Positions 8,893-19,382 of a DNA stretch of 64,000 bases are shown here, piece after piece. The stretch is from positions 142,107-206,106 of the forward strand of contig JAUSED010000012.1 of the NCBI GenBank assembly GCA_030650425.1, in the 5' to 3' direction. Made by a program: the position numbers and the translations under genes. The notes under the pieces were generated by a model. The model ran no database searches, was not told the origin of the DNA, and saw only the letters and a list, made by a program, of their open reading frames with translations. The first letter of the stretch is position 1; each line of letters starts with the position of its first letter. This DNA is from Candidatus Omnitrophota bacterium (GTDB lineage Bacteria > Omnitrophota > Gorgyraeia > Gygaellales > Profunditerraquicolaceae).

Positions 8893-9668
8893 TTTTTATG
8901 GCAAGCTAAACAAAGCCTGCTTTTTCGGTTATCCATTACCAGCATATTACGATCTTTGCTATATATATCATGACAGGAGAGGCAGCCGAGCCTCCCGTTA
9001 AAAAGCTGGATTTCTTTCGGCAATAATTCTGAGTTCGTAAAATCTGCTGAGCGCGGATAATCTACGCCGATTGGATGGCTCATTCCGATACCGTGCTGCC
9101 ATAGGCCTTGTTTTACTTCCACCTGCGGGAATTTAGAAATAGTCCCGTCGTGGCAGCTCAAGCACTCAGTGGAAGTCTTATCCAGCATGGAGCCGCCGGT
9201 AGTTTCTAGGAGTTTACCCGCAGGGTGCGCGTACTGTATCACTGTTTGATGCCGCCAAGCCGCATCCTGCTTGGTATTGTCATGGCATAATAAGCAGAAG
9301 GCCTTGCCTTTTACGTGGCCCCAAAGCAGGCCGCTTAGTTCAGCCTTATTTTGGGTTTTATCTTCTTTGTGCACGTCATGACAGGTAGTGCAAGTCATCC
9401 GGCCGCCTTTATCCAGATGCATTGTTAAAGGAATAGCCTTGTTTGGCTTGATATTAATCGGATGAGATTTTTCTCGGTTTATTATATGGCACTTGTAACA
9501 TAGTACGTCAGTCTCGGCAACCAAGAAGGTTAAATCCTGGCTGCTCACATGGCAGATTGCGCATTTGCCTTCAAAGTTATGTACCTTAGAGTTTGAAATT
9601 GCCCAGATCAGGCAAAAGCCAGAAATTAAAAATAGAAAACCGAAGAATAAAATCCTAAACTTCTTCAT
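8889..9668 (-). CDS. Membrane-anchored heptaheme c-type cytochrome
   Basis: N-terminal TM/signal anchor. Seven CXXCH motifs: CAICH, CYKCH, CTTCH, CLLCH, CLSCH x2, CLACH. Confidence 0.8.
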   Translation of the reverse strand: MKKFRILFFGFLFLISGFCLIWAISNSKVHNFEGKCAICHVSSQDLTFLVAETDVLCYKCHIINREKSHPINIKPNKAIPLTMHLDKGGRMTCTTCHDVHKEDKTQNKAELSGLLWGHVKGKAFCLLCHDNTKQDAAWRHQTVIQYAHPAGKLLETTGGSMLDKTSTECLSCHDGTISKFPQVEVKQGLWQHGIGMSHPIGVDYPRSADFTNSELLPKEIQLFNGRLGCLSCHDIYSKDRNMLVMDNRKSRLCLACHKK

Positions 9669-9725
9669 TTAGAAAAACCGTCATTGCGAGGACCCGCCGC
9701 AGGCAGGGCCGAAGCAATCTCTTTC

Positions 9726-10301
9726 CTAATTATAAATATCCTTTATTTTCAGATAAATCTTCTCTAATTCTGTTAATTTAGGATTAAAATCTTCCTCACC
9801 AAGTTTACCTTCTTTTTTTAACGCTTCACAAACATCGATAATTCCCTGCGCTTCAGCCAAAAGGGATTGCGCTTTTATAGAATTTTCTTTTTGGCTCATA
9901 ACTACTTCGGAAAAAGCCTGCGCCAAGCCATGCAGTTGATCATTAGCCCTAAAGGTGATCGGTTCTTTAAGTGATTTTCCCTGGCCAATCTCTTTTAAAT
10001 ACCTTCTAAACCGAAACACCGGTCCGGCAATACTATGCGACCAGAATAAGGCAGCGAATAATGCAATCGTACCTAATGACACTGCTTGAATAAATGTAGT
10101 TACTAAAATTGTGTAGGGGAGAAGGGCTTTAAGCTGGTTAAGGCTGGCAATCCCTTCTAAATAGGTAGGCCCGATATTTTTGTTCAGAAAAATAAGTATG
10201 GTTAAGCCAAAGACCAAGCAGCCGGTTAAAACAATAACCGCGAAGCGAAAAACAAAGGTAACCGTATGTTTTGGTTCTAATATCCCTCTAAATTTACGCA
10301 C
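9726..10301 (-). CDS. Small membrane protein: 2 TM helices plus a HAMP domain, with no output domain
   Basis: TM-loop-TM followed by a canonical HAMP-like sequence (SIAGPVFRFRRYLKEIGQG…NDQLHGLAQAFSEV). It is the first gene of the minus-strand operon. Confidence 0.5.
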   Translation of the reverse strand: MRKFRGILEPKHTVTFVFRFAVIVLTGCLVFGLTILIFLNKNIGPTYLEGIASLNQLKALLPYTILVTTFIQAVSLGTIALFAALFWSHSIAGPVFRFRRYLKEIGQGKSLKEPITFRANDQLHGLAQAFSEVVMSQKENSIKAQSLLAEAQGIIDVCEALKKEGKLGEEDFNPKLTELEKIYLKIKDIYN

Positions 10302-10429
10302 TTTTATATTATATCATAATCTTAGAGAATTAAGGCCTTATTTTATGCAGGAAAAAATATCCTTGCAAATTCAAGAGTTATGTGTTACATTTTATTTGTT
10401 AAAGCCACGGGACAACTCGAAGGAGAGTA

Positions 10430-11866
10430 ATGTTCCAGAAGGAAAAGGTTCACCCACATCATTTTTACCGGAGGAGGCAAAGTACAAGGGTCAGTTTACT
10501 GGCTCTATTTTTTTGCCTTTTACCCGCCTTAATCTTTGCTGCTCCCCTGAAAATCAATAACGACAGCCAATATACCAACTCTACTGCCGTTACTCTCAAC
10601 CTCTCCCTGCAAGATATCCCCAACGGAAACAATGTTTCTCAGATGAGTTTTTCTAACAATAATGCAAGCTGGACAACTCCAGAATCCTATAATTCAACTA
10701 AAAGCTGGAATCTATCTCCGCAGGGAAATGTTACAGGCAATGGAAAGGTTAATATAGGGGACGCTATGTTTATAGCTCAATACCTCGCAGGCAAACGTCA
10801 GTTTACCCCTGAGCAGCTTGCCTTAGCTGATGTTAACCAGAATAACAAGATTGATATTGGGGATTCTATGTTTATTGCCCAATATCTTGCCCGTATAAGA
10901 CCAAGCTTACCTCTTGTCAGCGGCGAGGCCCAACGGACTGTCTATGTAAAATTTAAGGATAAGGCAGGAAACTGGTCAAATGTTTATTCTGATACGATTA
11001 TGTTGGTTCCTCTGCCGCCGACCACTACTTTTTCTAAAGACGAAGGTAGCAATTGGAGAAATACATCGTTAACTTTTGCCCTTACATCTGTTGATTCTTC
11101 GGGCGCAGGGGTAGATAAGATCTATTACTCAATTGATGGCTCAAGTCCTTCAATACTATATACCGGGCCCGTGACCTTTTCGAAAGAAGGGATATACGAT
11201 GTTAAGTTTTATGCCGTAGATAAACTTGGCCAAGCAGAACCGATAAAATCCGCTTTAAAATATGATTATATTATCATAGATAAAACACCTCCGCAGAAGG
11301 GTTCAATAAAAATTAATAATGGCAGCCAACACACTAATTCGCGTTCGGTTGTCTTAGATTTATCCGCCGAAGATTCGCTTACTGGGATGAGCGAAATGCA
11401 AAACTCCAATGAGAACGCTAATTGGGATAATCCTAAGGACTACCGGTCTGGTCCTAGAGACTATGATACTCAAAGGAACTGGAGTTTAACTCTTGGTGAT
11501 GGCGTAAAGACTGTGTATGTTAGATTTAAGGATAGAGTGGGTAACTGGTCAAATCCGGTTTCTGCTACTATAATTCTTGATACGACACCGCCGCAGATTA
11601 CCAGTTTAAATGTTGCTAACGGCTCAACTTTATATGAAAATGATGAGGCCATAATTTCTCCTCAAATTAGTGATCTTAGTTTTTTAGAATACCAATTTAA
11701 TATTGATGGCGTAATAAAACAGGCTTGGTCAGAAAAAAATAATTATAAGTGGGTTCCTGCTTCTCCTGGCAGGCATAACATAAAAGTAGAAGCTAAGGAC
11801 ATTAGCGGCCAAGATAATAAGTGGATGGATGTCTATGTTTTTAGAAAACCCATTGAGCCATTATGA
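10430..11866 (+). CDS. Secreted protein with a dockerin-like Ca-binding repeat pair and two repeated Ig-like/CHB_HEX_C-like domains
   Basis: Signal peptide. Dockerin-like loops NVTGNGKVNIGD and DVNQNNKIDIGD. Two internal repeats of the form VYVKFKD+AGNWSN…PP. ATGA overlap with the Rhs gene. Confidence 0.5.
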   Translation: MFQKEKVHPHHFYRRRQSTRVSLLALFFCLLPALIFAAPLKINNDSQYTNSTAVTLNLSLQDIPNGNNVSQMSFSNNNASWTTPESYNSTKSWNLSPQGNVTGNGKVNIGDAMFIAQYLAGKRQFTPEQLALADVNQNNKIDIGDSMFIAQYLARIRPSLPLVSGEAQRTVYVKFKDKAGNWSNVYSDTIMLVPLPPTTTFSKDEGSNWRNTSLTFALTSVDSSGAGVDKIYYSIDGSSPSILYTGPVTFSKEGIYDVKFYAVDKLGQAEPIKSALKYDYIIIDKTPPQKGSIKINNGSQHTNSRSVVLDLSAEDSLTGMSEMQNSNENANWDNPKDYRSGPRDYDTQRNWSLTLGDGVKTVYVRFKDRVGNWSNPVSATIILDTTPPQITSLNVANGSTLYENDEAIISPQISDLSFLEYQFNIDGVIKQAWSEKNNYKWVPASPGRHNIKVEAKDISGQDNKWMDVYVFRKPIEPL

Positions 11867-14800
11867 AACGGATTCTTTATAAAACTATTTGTATAGCCTT
11901 AGTATCAATCCATATTCTTACTATTTCTCTTCATGATGTAAGTTTTGCAGATTCTTCTGGGACTCAAACAACTATTCAAAGTTCTCCATCTGTTGAATCT
12001 ACCCAACAATCCAGTCAAACAGCGTCTGTTTCTGAACAGCCTCAATCTGAGTCGGGTAATGCAAAAACTAACTATGTGAAACCTACAAGGCTTAATAGCC
12101 CGGAGGAAGGCTCATCAAGTCAGGCTTCAAATTCCTTTGGTTTTAACTTAGGCGCCCTGCGGTCTTTTCAGAGTGATCCCTTTACTGGTAAGGCAACATT
12201 TTCTATTCCTATATCTGTTCCAGCTGGAAGAAATGGCATTCAACCCAATATTACGCTTAATTATTCTTCAGGAGCTGGAAATGGTATCTTAGGCTTAGGT
12301 TGGTCTTTAGAGTTAGGCTCTATTGAGCGCTCAACCAAAAAAGGCGCGCCTAAATATGATTCCACAGATACCTTTGTATTTAACTCCGGAGGCTCAAATT
12401 CAGAATTAGTCAGTATCGGAAACAACGAATATCGCGCTAATCTTGAAGGCGCCTTTATGAAGTTTATCTTTGACGGCTCATACTGGTTAGCAATAGATAA
12501 ATCAGGAACCAAATATTACTTTGGGCAGAATAGCGCTAACCAGATCTTTGACGGCTCGCGGATTTTTAAATGGGCATTGGAAAAGGTTATAGATATTAAT
12601 GACAATTACCTCGTTGTTATCTATTATAAAAACGATAATCAGCTTTACCCCTACAGGATATACTATACTGTTAATGAGAATAAGCCTTTATACCGCACTT
12701 ATAACGAAATATGGTTTAGCTGGGATGATAGAAAGGATGGGGTCTTAAGTTATCGAGCAGGTTTCAGAATATTTACTGGAAAAAAGTTAGATAGTATTTA
12801 TATTTCCTTTGCCCATTTTTATGCCTATGATATCATCCTTGATTTCTCTAATATGGCCGGTAGAGATATATTCACTAAATATTCTTTTGGATATAGTTTT
12901 ACTGATTCGTTTCAAAGCCTGCTTACATCTATTACTCAAATCGGCTCGGATTTGAAGACTTCATTGCCACCGATAACCTTTGACTATCAACGGTCTAATC
13001 CTGGCTGGACATTAGCTAGTGATAAATTTCCCGGTAAAGGAATATTTAGTGGGGTAACCACTGTAGTAGATGTAAATAATGACGGTTTACCGGATATAAC
13101 TGATAAAAATAGTGGCAAGTTTTATTTAGGGAAAAGCGATGGTTCTTGGCAGGAAACTATCGACTGGAGTCATTGGAAGTTACCAAGCACGAATGTAGAT
13201 ACCTTTGTTGATTTAGAAAATTTTCGTTTTGCGGATTTAAACGGTGATGGGTGGGTGGATATTATCTATCATCAACATGGAGATACAAGAGGACCTCAGC
13301 CAGCGTATATCGGTATTAACAATAAGAAAAATGGTTGGGATTATGATGAAGTCTTAAGCAAAAAATTCCCCTGTGATGCATATTTTGTAAATAACCATGA
13401 TTTCCTTAAAGCCTCTGAATCGATGGGTTATGTCTTAGCTGATGTTAATGGAGACAGCCTCGTGGATATAATCAGAGCAAGTCCAAGCGGCCATGAATTT
13501 TATCTTAATTCCGGATCATCAGGATGGATAAGAGACGCTACTTATGATACCCCAACCGAGACTGATTTTACCGACGGCTCTACGCAATTAGGCGATATTA
13601 ATGCTGATGGTCTGTCTGATTTAGTAATTGCTACCAAAAATGGAAACCCCAAGGGGAATATTAAAGAAACATTTCTGAGTACAGGGGCAGGTTGGTTTAG
13701 AGACACTGCTTTACGCCCAAATGAATGGTATATGGATTTCAGTGATAACTCAACTAAATTAGCAGATATAAATAGCGACGGCTTAGTGGACATTGTTCTT
13801 ACAGATAGTGTATTCTTAAATATACGCGGCGACTGGACGATTTGGCGCAAGGATCAAAATTATATGATTCCAGAAGGAAATAATGATTATCCTCCACATC
13901 TAGGAACTAAATTGATAGATACCCAGGGTAAATTTTTACCTGACCTTGTAATAAACCGAATGGAATATGATGGAGGCAGCCATTTGGTAAGCAAAGTTTA
14001 CAGGAATAAAAACAAAATGCCGTCCGACTATCTTACTAAAATCTCTAATGGTATTGGCGGCGAAGTACAAATTACTTATAAACCTTCTACCCAATTTGAT
14101 AATACCGGCGGTGACGATATCTGTGATTTACCTTTTCCTGTTTATGTGGTAGATACAGTTACCAACCACGATACGGTTAACCCAAATAATCCTGACATAA
14201 CCACAAGGTACGAATACAAGGACGGCTTATTTGACTTTAGCGAAAGGGAATTCCGCGGTTTTGGAGATGTTAAGACGATTGACAGCGAAGGAAATTACTC
14301 AGAGAGTTATTTTAAACAAGATTCAATATTTAAAGGAAGGCCTTATAAGCAAGAAGTCAAATATAAAGACGGTAAACTTTATAGCAGGACTGAAAATACT
14401 TGGAAGAGTATACAGCCGTATCTGGGAGTCAACTTCGCATATTTAGAGCGCACAGATAATTATCTTTATGAAGGAGATATAGATTATAAAAAGCGTACAG
14501 GAAGTTCATTTGAATATGATTCCTATGGTAATCCTTCTAAGGTTATTTCAGAAGGAGAGACGGATAAAACCGGCGATGAGAAAACGCAGGTTACTGAATA
14601 TACCTATAATACTCAAGATTGGATTGTATCTACTCCTAAACGCACCTATCTTATAGATCAAAACCAAAATAAAGTTTCAGAGGAATGGTTTTATTATGAT
14701 GATGCAGCTTCAATTGATAGTGCCCCTGTAAAAGGCCTTTTAACCCAAGATGAAGTTTTAATCTTTAACCCTATCACTCAAACTAATTATACTACTGCAA

Positions 14801-17800
14801 CCAAATATTCTTATGATGCCCACGGTAATCTAGTTCAAGTTATTGGTCCTGAAGGGAGGATTACTACTACTGAATACGATTCTTTTTTACAAACCTATCC
14901 TATAAAGCTAACTAATGCTTTAGGACAGAGAATAGAAACGGTTTACTATGGAATAAGCAATTATCCAAACGTAACAGCTGATTCTTTCGAAGGATATGGT
15001 TTATTTGGTCAAGTTAAATACACCAAAGATCCTAATAACCAAAAGACCTATAATGTTTATGATACTTTAGGCCGCTTAACTAAGGTAATCGGGCCGCTTG
15101 ATACAGAGGATTACCCGGGAGTTATTTATGAATACGATTTAACTACTCGGCCCATTAAGATGACCAAGAAAGTCAAGGCTGATTATGCCTCGCCGCCAAA
15201 CTACCTTATAACCTACTCTTTTTATGACGGCTTAGGCAGGCTTATCGAAAGCAAATCTCCTGCTGAAGCTGATCCCCAAACCCGGCAACCTCGCCAGATA
15301 ATCTCTGGAATAAGTAAAATTGATGCAAAAGGCCAGCTTAAGGAAAAGTATTTACCCTATTACCTTTTATCTACAACCTATAACCCTGAAGAATATGTGC
15401 CGCTTACTTTTGATACGCCGTATACTACCTTCAATTACGACTTTCTAGGCAGGTTAACCCAAGCTGCTAACCCCGATCAAACCTCTTCTAAAATTACCTA
15501 CTCAGATTGGTCTAGAACCATAACCGATGAAAACAGCCACTATAAAACCGAATATTACGATGTCTATGGCAGAGTCGTGAAGATAGAGGAGCATAACGGT
15601 AGCCAAACCTACACCACCACTTATGAATATGATGCTCAAGGTAACCTCATCAAAGTTACTGATAATCAAAACAATATCACTCAAATCTGGTATGATTCTT
15701 TAGGTAGAAAAATTAAGATGGATGATCCTGATATGGGTGAGTGGAAATACGAATATGATAAGGCCGGCAACCTCAAGAAACAAACTGATGCCAAAGGGCA
15801 AGAGTTAAGTTTTCAATACGACAGCTTAAACCGTTTAACCACTAAAGAAGGATTTGCAGTTAATTCGGTTAACGCGAGTGATTCAGTTAATGTAGCTAAT
15901 TCAAATAACTATATAGTTGATTTTTACACAAAATTACTCTTGAATTTTGATAGCTTTGAAGACCTTTCTCTTGGCCATAAAAAGCTAAGCCTATATGGTA
16001 ATACTATGGTAGATACCAAACAAGGCAAATCTAATAATACTTCTTTATATTTTGATGGCAAAACAAGCTATTTAACTTTGGAAGATTCTGATGATTGGAG
16101 CTTTGGAAACCAAGATTTTACCATAGATTTCTGGGTGAAGTTTAATGATCTTGAAAAGGCTCAGATGCTTCTAAGCCAAGGCGAAGGATATAATAACAAG
16201 TGGCATATAGTAAAGGATTGGGGCCCCGGCAATAGGCTCTATTTTCTGTTTACCTATGCCCGAACTGTTGAAGTAAGATATTCAATGCTTAAAAACTGGC
16301 CAGTCTCAATAGGGAGGTGGTACCATATTGCTATTGTAAGGACTGGTAAAACCGCGAAGTTATTCATAGATGGCGTCTCCCAAGCGCTTGGCACTTGGGC
16401 TGAATTTGGTGATAATGATGTTGGGAATGTCTCTGCACCTTTATTTATTGGAGGTTTTGATGGAACAAGCAATATGCTTCTTAACGGTTGGATAGATGAT
16501 TTAAGAGTAACCAAAGGCAAAGCGCTTTGGACGTCTGACTTTACTCCTCCTCAAGAAGAGACGGTTCCTCCAGTAGAAGGGACAATACTTCTTGCCACTT
16601 ACGACTACGACGACTTAACCAAGCCCAATTGTATTGGCCGGCTTTCTAAGGTAACAGATCAATCCGGTTCAACTGAATTTTTCTATGATACCTTAGGCAG
16701 GGAGATTAAATCTATAAAGACAGTAGATAATAGTCAGTATGTAGTAGTTAGGGATTATGATACCTTAGGCAGGCTTACTAAGCTTACTTATCCTGATAAC
16801 TCTATTGTTCAATACGAATACAATCCTCAGGGTATTGAAAAGGTTTACGCAAACAACTCAACAAGTTATATTTCAAATATTGACTATTCGCCAACTGGTC
16901 AAATCACTAACATCCAATACGCTAACGGCACAGAAACAAAATATGACTATGACCCAAAGACCCTAAGATTAACTAACCTGGTTACCCAATCCCCATCAGG
17001 AAAAATTCAGGAACTTGAATATAAATTTGACAACGTAGGTAATATTGCTAACCTTACAGATAAAGTTAATACTGCCACGCAATCCTTTATCTATGATGAT
17101 TTAAACCGGTTAACGCAGGCAACGGGGACTTATGTTTCCTTTAGCTATGATTATGATTCGATCGGAAATATGCTCCATAAGGAAGGTATCAGTTTAGTCT
17201 ATGGTAAGAATGGCAGGCTGCCTCATGCGGTAACTCAATACGCAGATAAATTAATAGACTACGATGCCAACGGTAATATGATTTCAAAAGGGCCCTCCTC
17301 AGGAGAAGGAGCTGCTCTTACTTATGATATTGAAAATCGTCTTACTAAAATAGAAGATCAATCACTGAGTCCTGTTTCAGAAGTTAAGAGTGTAACGCTT
17401 ACCTTAAAACCCGGTTGGAATTTCATTTCTTCGCCTTTTATACTTCAGGATCCAAAAATCAGCTCCGTGTTTTCTGCAATTGCCGGTAAATATGATCAGG
17501 TTTCGCGCTATAATCCTGAGACTAAGCAATTTGAGCATTATGTGGGTGACCCTGAATTCAACCAGTTTGATACTTTTGAGTATGGGAGAGGATATCAGAT
17601 ATGTATTACCACTCCAACCAGCCTAACCTTTACTATTACAGGCAGCTTGGCTGAAGGGACTAAATTAATTCCGCTTAAAACCGGCGCAAATTTAGTTTTC
17701 TATCCCAAGACAGTTGAAGCCGAAGTTGAAGCTGCGTTAGCTTCGCTAAAAGTAGGCGTAGACTATTCCAAAGTTTTATATTATGACAAATCTCAAAATA

Positions 17801-19371
17801 GATTCTTGGAATACTCTCCAGCGAAAAAAGAATTTGACACTTTTAAACCGGGAGTAGCATATTATCTTTATTGTTTGCAGGATACAAACTGGAAATTAGA
17901 CTTTCCAGCATTTAGCACTAACTTTGTCTACGACGGAGATGGGGGCAGGGTAAAAAAAGCCGTAGGCTCTTCCTCAACTACCTACATCGGTTCGCTCTTT
18001 GAAAAAGATTCAACCGGTAAAACAACCAAGCACATCTTTGCCGGAGCGAACCGTATAGCCTCAGTGTCATTGCGAGGAGCTGCCGAAGGCAGCGACGAGG
18101 CAATCTCTTACTATCATAGCGATCATCTGGGTTCATCCAATGTGATTACCGACAAAGATGGTAACCAGATAGGCCTTACAGAATTCACTCCCTATGGTTC
18201 TATCTCTAAGCAGTCAGGCTCCTATGATCCCAAGTATAAATTTAATGGTAAAGAATTAGAGAGTACGGGATTATATTTTTATGGTGCGCGATATTACGAT
18301 CAGGAGTTAGGCAGGTTTATAAGTGCGGATACGATAGTGCAGGCGTCCTATGATCCCCAGAGCCTTAATCGCTATAGTTATTGTAGGAATAATCCCATAA
18401 ATTACATCGATCCTACCGGACATTGGTGGTTTATTGGTATTATAGTAGGCGCAATACTTGGCGGCGTTAGTTCTGCAGTCAACAATCAACCGGTATGGCA
18501 GGGGGCGCTTATGGGTGCCTTGGGCGGAGCATTAGTTGCCGGAGGTGCTGCTTTAGCTACAGAAATGGGGCTTTCAGCAGGTTTGGGTGCAACGATTGGA
18601 GGAATAGTAGGTGGTGTAGCTAGCTCTGCAGTTAATGGTGGAAATATCGGAGTTAGCGCACTTACTGGTGGATTGGGTGCAGGAATAGGGTACGGTCTTG
18701 GCTCTTGGGCGAGTGGATGGAATAGTGGAAGTTTTTGGGGTGGATTAGGCGCTTCAGCAGTTGCCGGTGGTATTGCTGGAGGAGTAGGCGCAGAACTTTC
18801 GGGAGGTAGCTTTGGCCAAGGCGCATTGATGGGGGCAGCATACAGTAGCGCGGGATTTTTAGGATCATATGGTGCCAATAGTTTAGACCCTCGTGCTGTT
18901 CAAGCAAGAGCCTATGAACGTGAAGTAAAACAAATGCACGATCTTAACGTAAAAAAGAATGATATGGTAAAGATAGAAACTGGTGGTAGACCAGTTGCCG
19001 GAACTGGTGCATCACATCGCTTTATCTCTGGGTTTGAAATGGGGCCAAAACAACCGGGAGGAGGACCAATAACAACCACAAACACAGTTAATGATTTGTC
19101 AAGTTGGCGTACTTTCAAAAATACGCAGGATGCTTTTGGGACAAGAACCGCTAATACTGTTACCACTGAAGTTAGCTTTTCTGGTTTAGTTGATGCGATA
19201 GATCTATATAACGGCTCTTGGGGTGGTAGCCAGTATAGCGCATTCAGTTACAATAGCAATTATGCCGTCAATACGGTAATCTATGCGGCAGGTGGAAATA
19301 CCCCCGGTGCATTTTGGGCACCAGAATTTAGGAGTTCAACCCTATATTATTCACAGAACCCAAATAATTGA
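11863..19371 (+). CDS. Giant Rhs/YD-repeat polymorphic toxin (TcB-TcC fusion-like). Domain order: Sec signal, SpvB domain, FG-GAP-like repeats, YD repeats with an inserted LamG domain, RHS core (…NYIDPTGHWWF), glycine-zipper C-terminal toxin.
   Basis: SpvB/TcaC N-terminal motif (FTGKATFSIPISVPAGRNGIQPNITLNYSSGAGNGILGLGWSL). Repeated DxNxDGxxD loops. Many YD repeats. LamG-like jellyroll around 15930-16545. RHS core with the DPxGH motif. Gly-rich C-terminus. Confidence 0.85.
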   Translation: MKRILYKTICIALVSIHILTISLHDVSFADSSGTQTTIQSSPSVESTQQSSQTASVSEQPQSESGNAKTNYVKPTRLNSPEEGSSSQASNSFGFNLGALRSFQSDPFTGKATFSIPISVPAGRNGIQPNITLNYSSGAGNGILGLGWSLELGSIERSTKKGAPKYDSTDTFVFNSGGSNSELVSIGNNEYRANLEGAFMKFIFDGSYWLAIDKSGTKYYFGQNSANQIFDGSRIFKWALEKVIDINDNYLVVIYYKNDNQLYPYRIYYTVNENKPLYRTYNEIWFSWDDRKDGVLSYRAGFRIFTGKKLDSIYISFAHFYAYDIILDFSNMAGRDIFTKYSFGYSFTDSFQSLLTSITQIGSDLKTSLPPITFDYQRSNPGWTLASDKFPGKGIFSGVTTVVDVNNDGLPDITDKNSGKFYLGKSDGSWQETIDWSHWKLPSTNVDTFVDLENFRFADLNGDGWVDIIYHQHGDTRGPQPAYIGINNKKNGWDYDEVLSKKFPCDAYFVNNHDFLKASESMGYVLADVNGDSLVDIIRASPSGHEFYLNSGSSGWIRDATYDTPTETDFTDGSTQLGDINADGLSDLVIATKNGNPKGNIKETFLSTGAGWFRDTALRPNEWYMDFSDNSTKLADINSDGLVDIVLTDSVFLNIRGDWTIWRKDQNYMIPEGNNDYPPHLGTKLIDTQGKFLPDLVINRMEYDGGSHLVSKVYRNKNKMPSDYLTKISNGIGGEVQITYKPSTQFDNTGGDDICDLPFPVYVVDTVTNHDTVNPNNPDITTRYEYKDGLFDFSEREFRGFGDVKTIDSEGNYSESYFKQDSIFKGRPYKQEVKYKDGKLYSRTENTWKSIQPYLGVNFAYLERTDNYLYEGDIDYKKRTGSSFEYDSYGNPSKVISEGETDKTGDEKTQVTEYTYNTQDWIVSTPKRTYLIDQNQNKVSEEWFYYDDAASIDSAPVKGLLTQDEVLIFNPITQTNYTTATKYSYDAHGNLVQVIGPEGRITTTEYDSFLQTYPIKLTNALGQRIETVYYGISNYPNVTADSFEGYGLFGQVKYTKDPNNQKTYNVYDTLGRLTKVIGPLDTEDYPGVIYEYDLTTRPIKMTKKVKADYASPPNYLITYSFYDGLGRLIESKSPAEADPQTRQPRQIISGISKIDAKGQLKEKYLPYYLLSTTYNPEEYVPLTFDTPYTTFNYDFLGRLTQAANPDQTSSKITYSDWSRTITDENSHYKTEYYDVYGRVVKIEEHNGSQTYTTTYEYDAQGNLIKVTDNQNNITQIWYDSLGRKIKMDDPDMGEWKYEYDKAGNLKKQTDAKGQELSFQYDSLNRLTTKEGFAVNSVNASDSVNVANSNNYIVDFYTKLLLNFDSFEDLSLGHKKLSLYGNTMVDTKQGKSNNTSLYFDGKTSYLTLEDSDDWSFGNQDFTIDFWVKFNDLEKAQMLLSQGEGYNNKWHIVKDWGPGNRLYFLFTYARTVEVRYSMLKNWPVSIGRWYHIAIVRTGKTAKLFIDGVSQALGTWAEFGDNDVGNVSAPLFIGGFDGTSNMLLNGWIDDLRVTKGKALWTSDFTPPQEETVPPVEGTILLATYDYDDLTKPNCIGRLSKVTDQSGSTEFFYDTLGREIKSIKTVDNSQYVVVRDYDTLGRLTKLTYPDNSIVQYEYNPQGIEKVYANNSTSYISNIDYSPTGQITNIQYANGTETKYDYDPKTLRLTNLVTQSPSGKIQELEYKFDNVGNIANLTDKVNTATQSFIYDDLNRLTQATGTYVSFSYDYDSIGNMLHKEGISLVYGKNGRLPHAVTQYADKLIDYDANGNMISKGPSSGEGAALTYDIENRLTKIEDQSLSPVSEVKSVTLTLKPGWNFISSPFILQDPKISSVFSAIAGKYDQVSRYNPETKQFEHYVGDPEFNQFDTFEYGRGYQICITTPTSLTFTITGSLAEGTKLIPLKTGANLVFYPKTVEAEVEAALASLKVGVDYSKVLYYDKSQNRFLEYSPAKKEFDTFKPGVAYYLYCLQDTNWKLDFPAFSTNFVYDGDGGRVKKAVGSSSTTYIGSLFEKDSTGKTTKHIFAGANRIASVSLRGAAEGSDEAISYYHSDHLGSSNVITDKDGNQIGLTEFTPYGSISKQSGSYDPKYKFNGKELESTGLYFYGARYYDQELGRFISADTIVQASYDPQSLNRYSYCRNNPINYIDPTGHWWFIGIIVGAILGGVSSAVNNQPVWQGALMGALGGALVAGGAALATEMGLSAGLGATIGGIVGGVASSAVNGGNIGVSALTGGLGAGIGYGLGSWASGWNSGSFWGGLGASAVAGGIAGGVGAELSGGSFGQGALMGAAYSSAGFLGSYGANSLDPRAVQARAYEREVKQMHDLNVKKNDMVKIETGGRPVAGTGASHRFISGFEMGPKQPGGGPITTTNTVNDLSSWRTFKNTQDAFGTRTANTVTTEVSFSGLVDAIDLYNGSWGGSQYSAFSYNSNYAVNTVIYAAGGNTPGAFWAPEFRSSTLYYSQNPNN

Positions 19372-19382
19372 GATAAGCTATT

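Noticed and set aside
10180-10560. 126-aa + strand ORF spanning the divergent promoter region into the 10430 gene
   Set aside because: It overlaps the minus-strand HAMP gene and the 5' end of the dockerin-like gene in another frame. It has no RBS and its sequence is low-complexity.
18486-18907. Pro-rich minus-strand ORFs (130 aa and 81 aa) inside the Rhs gene
   Set aside because: They are antisense to the glycine-zipper GGx/GCx codon repeats, which read as CCx (Pro) on the other strand. This is a compositional artefact with no RBS.
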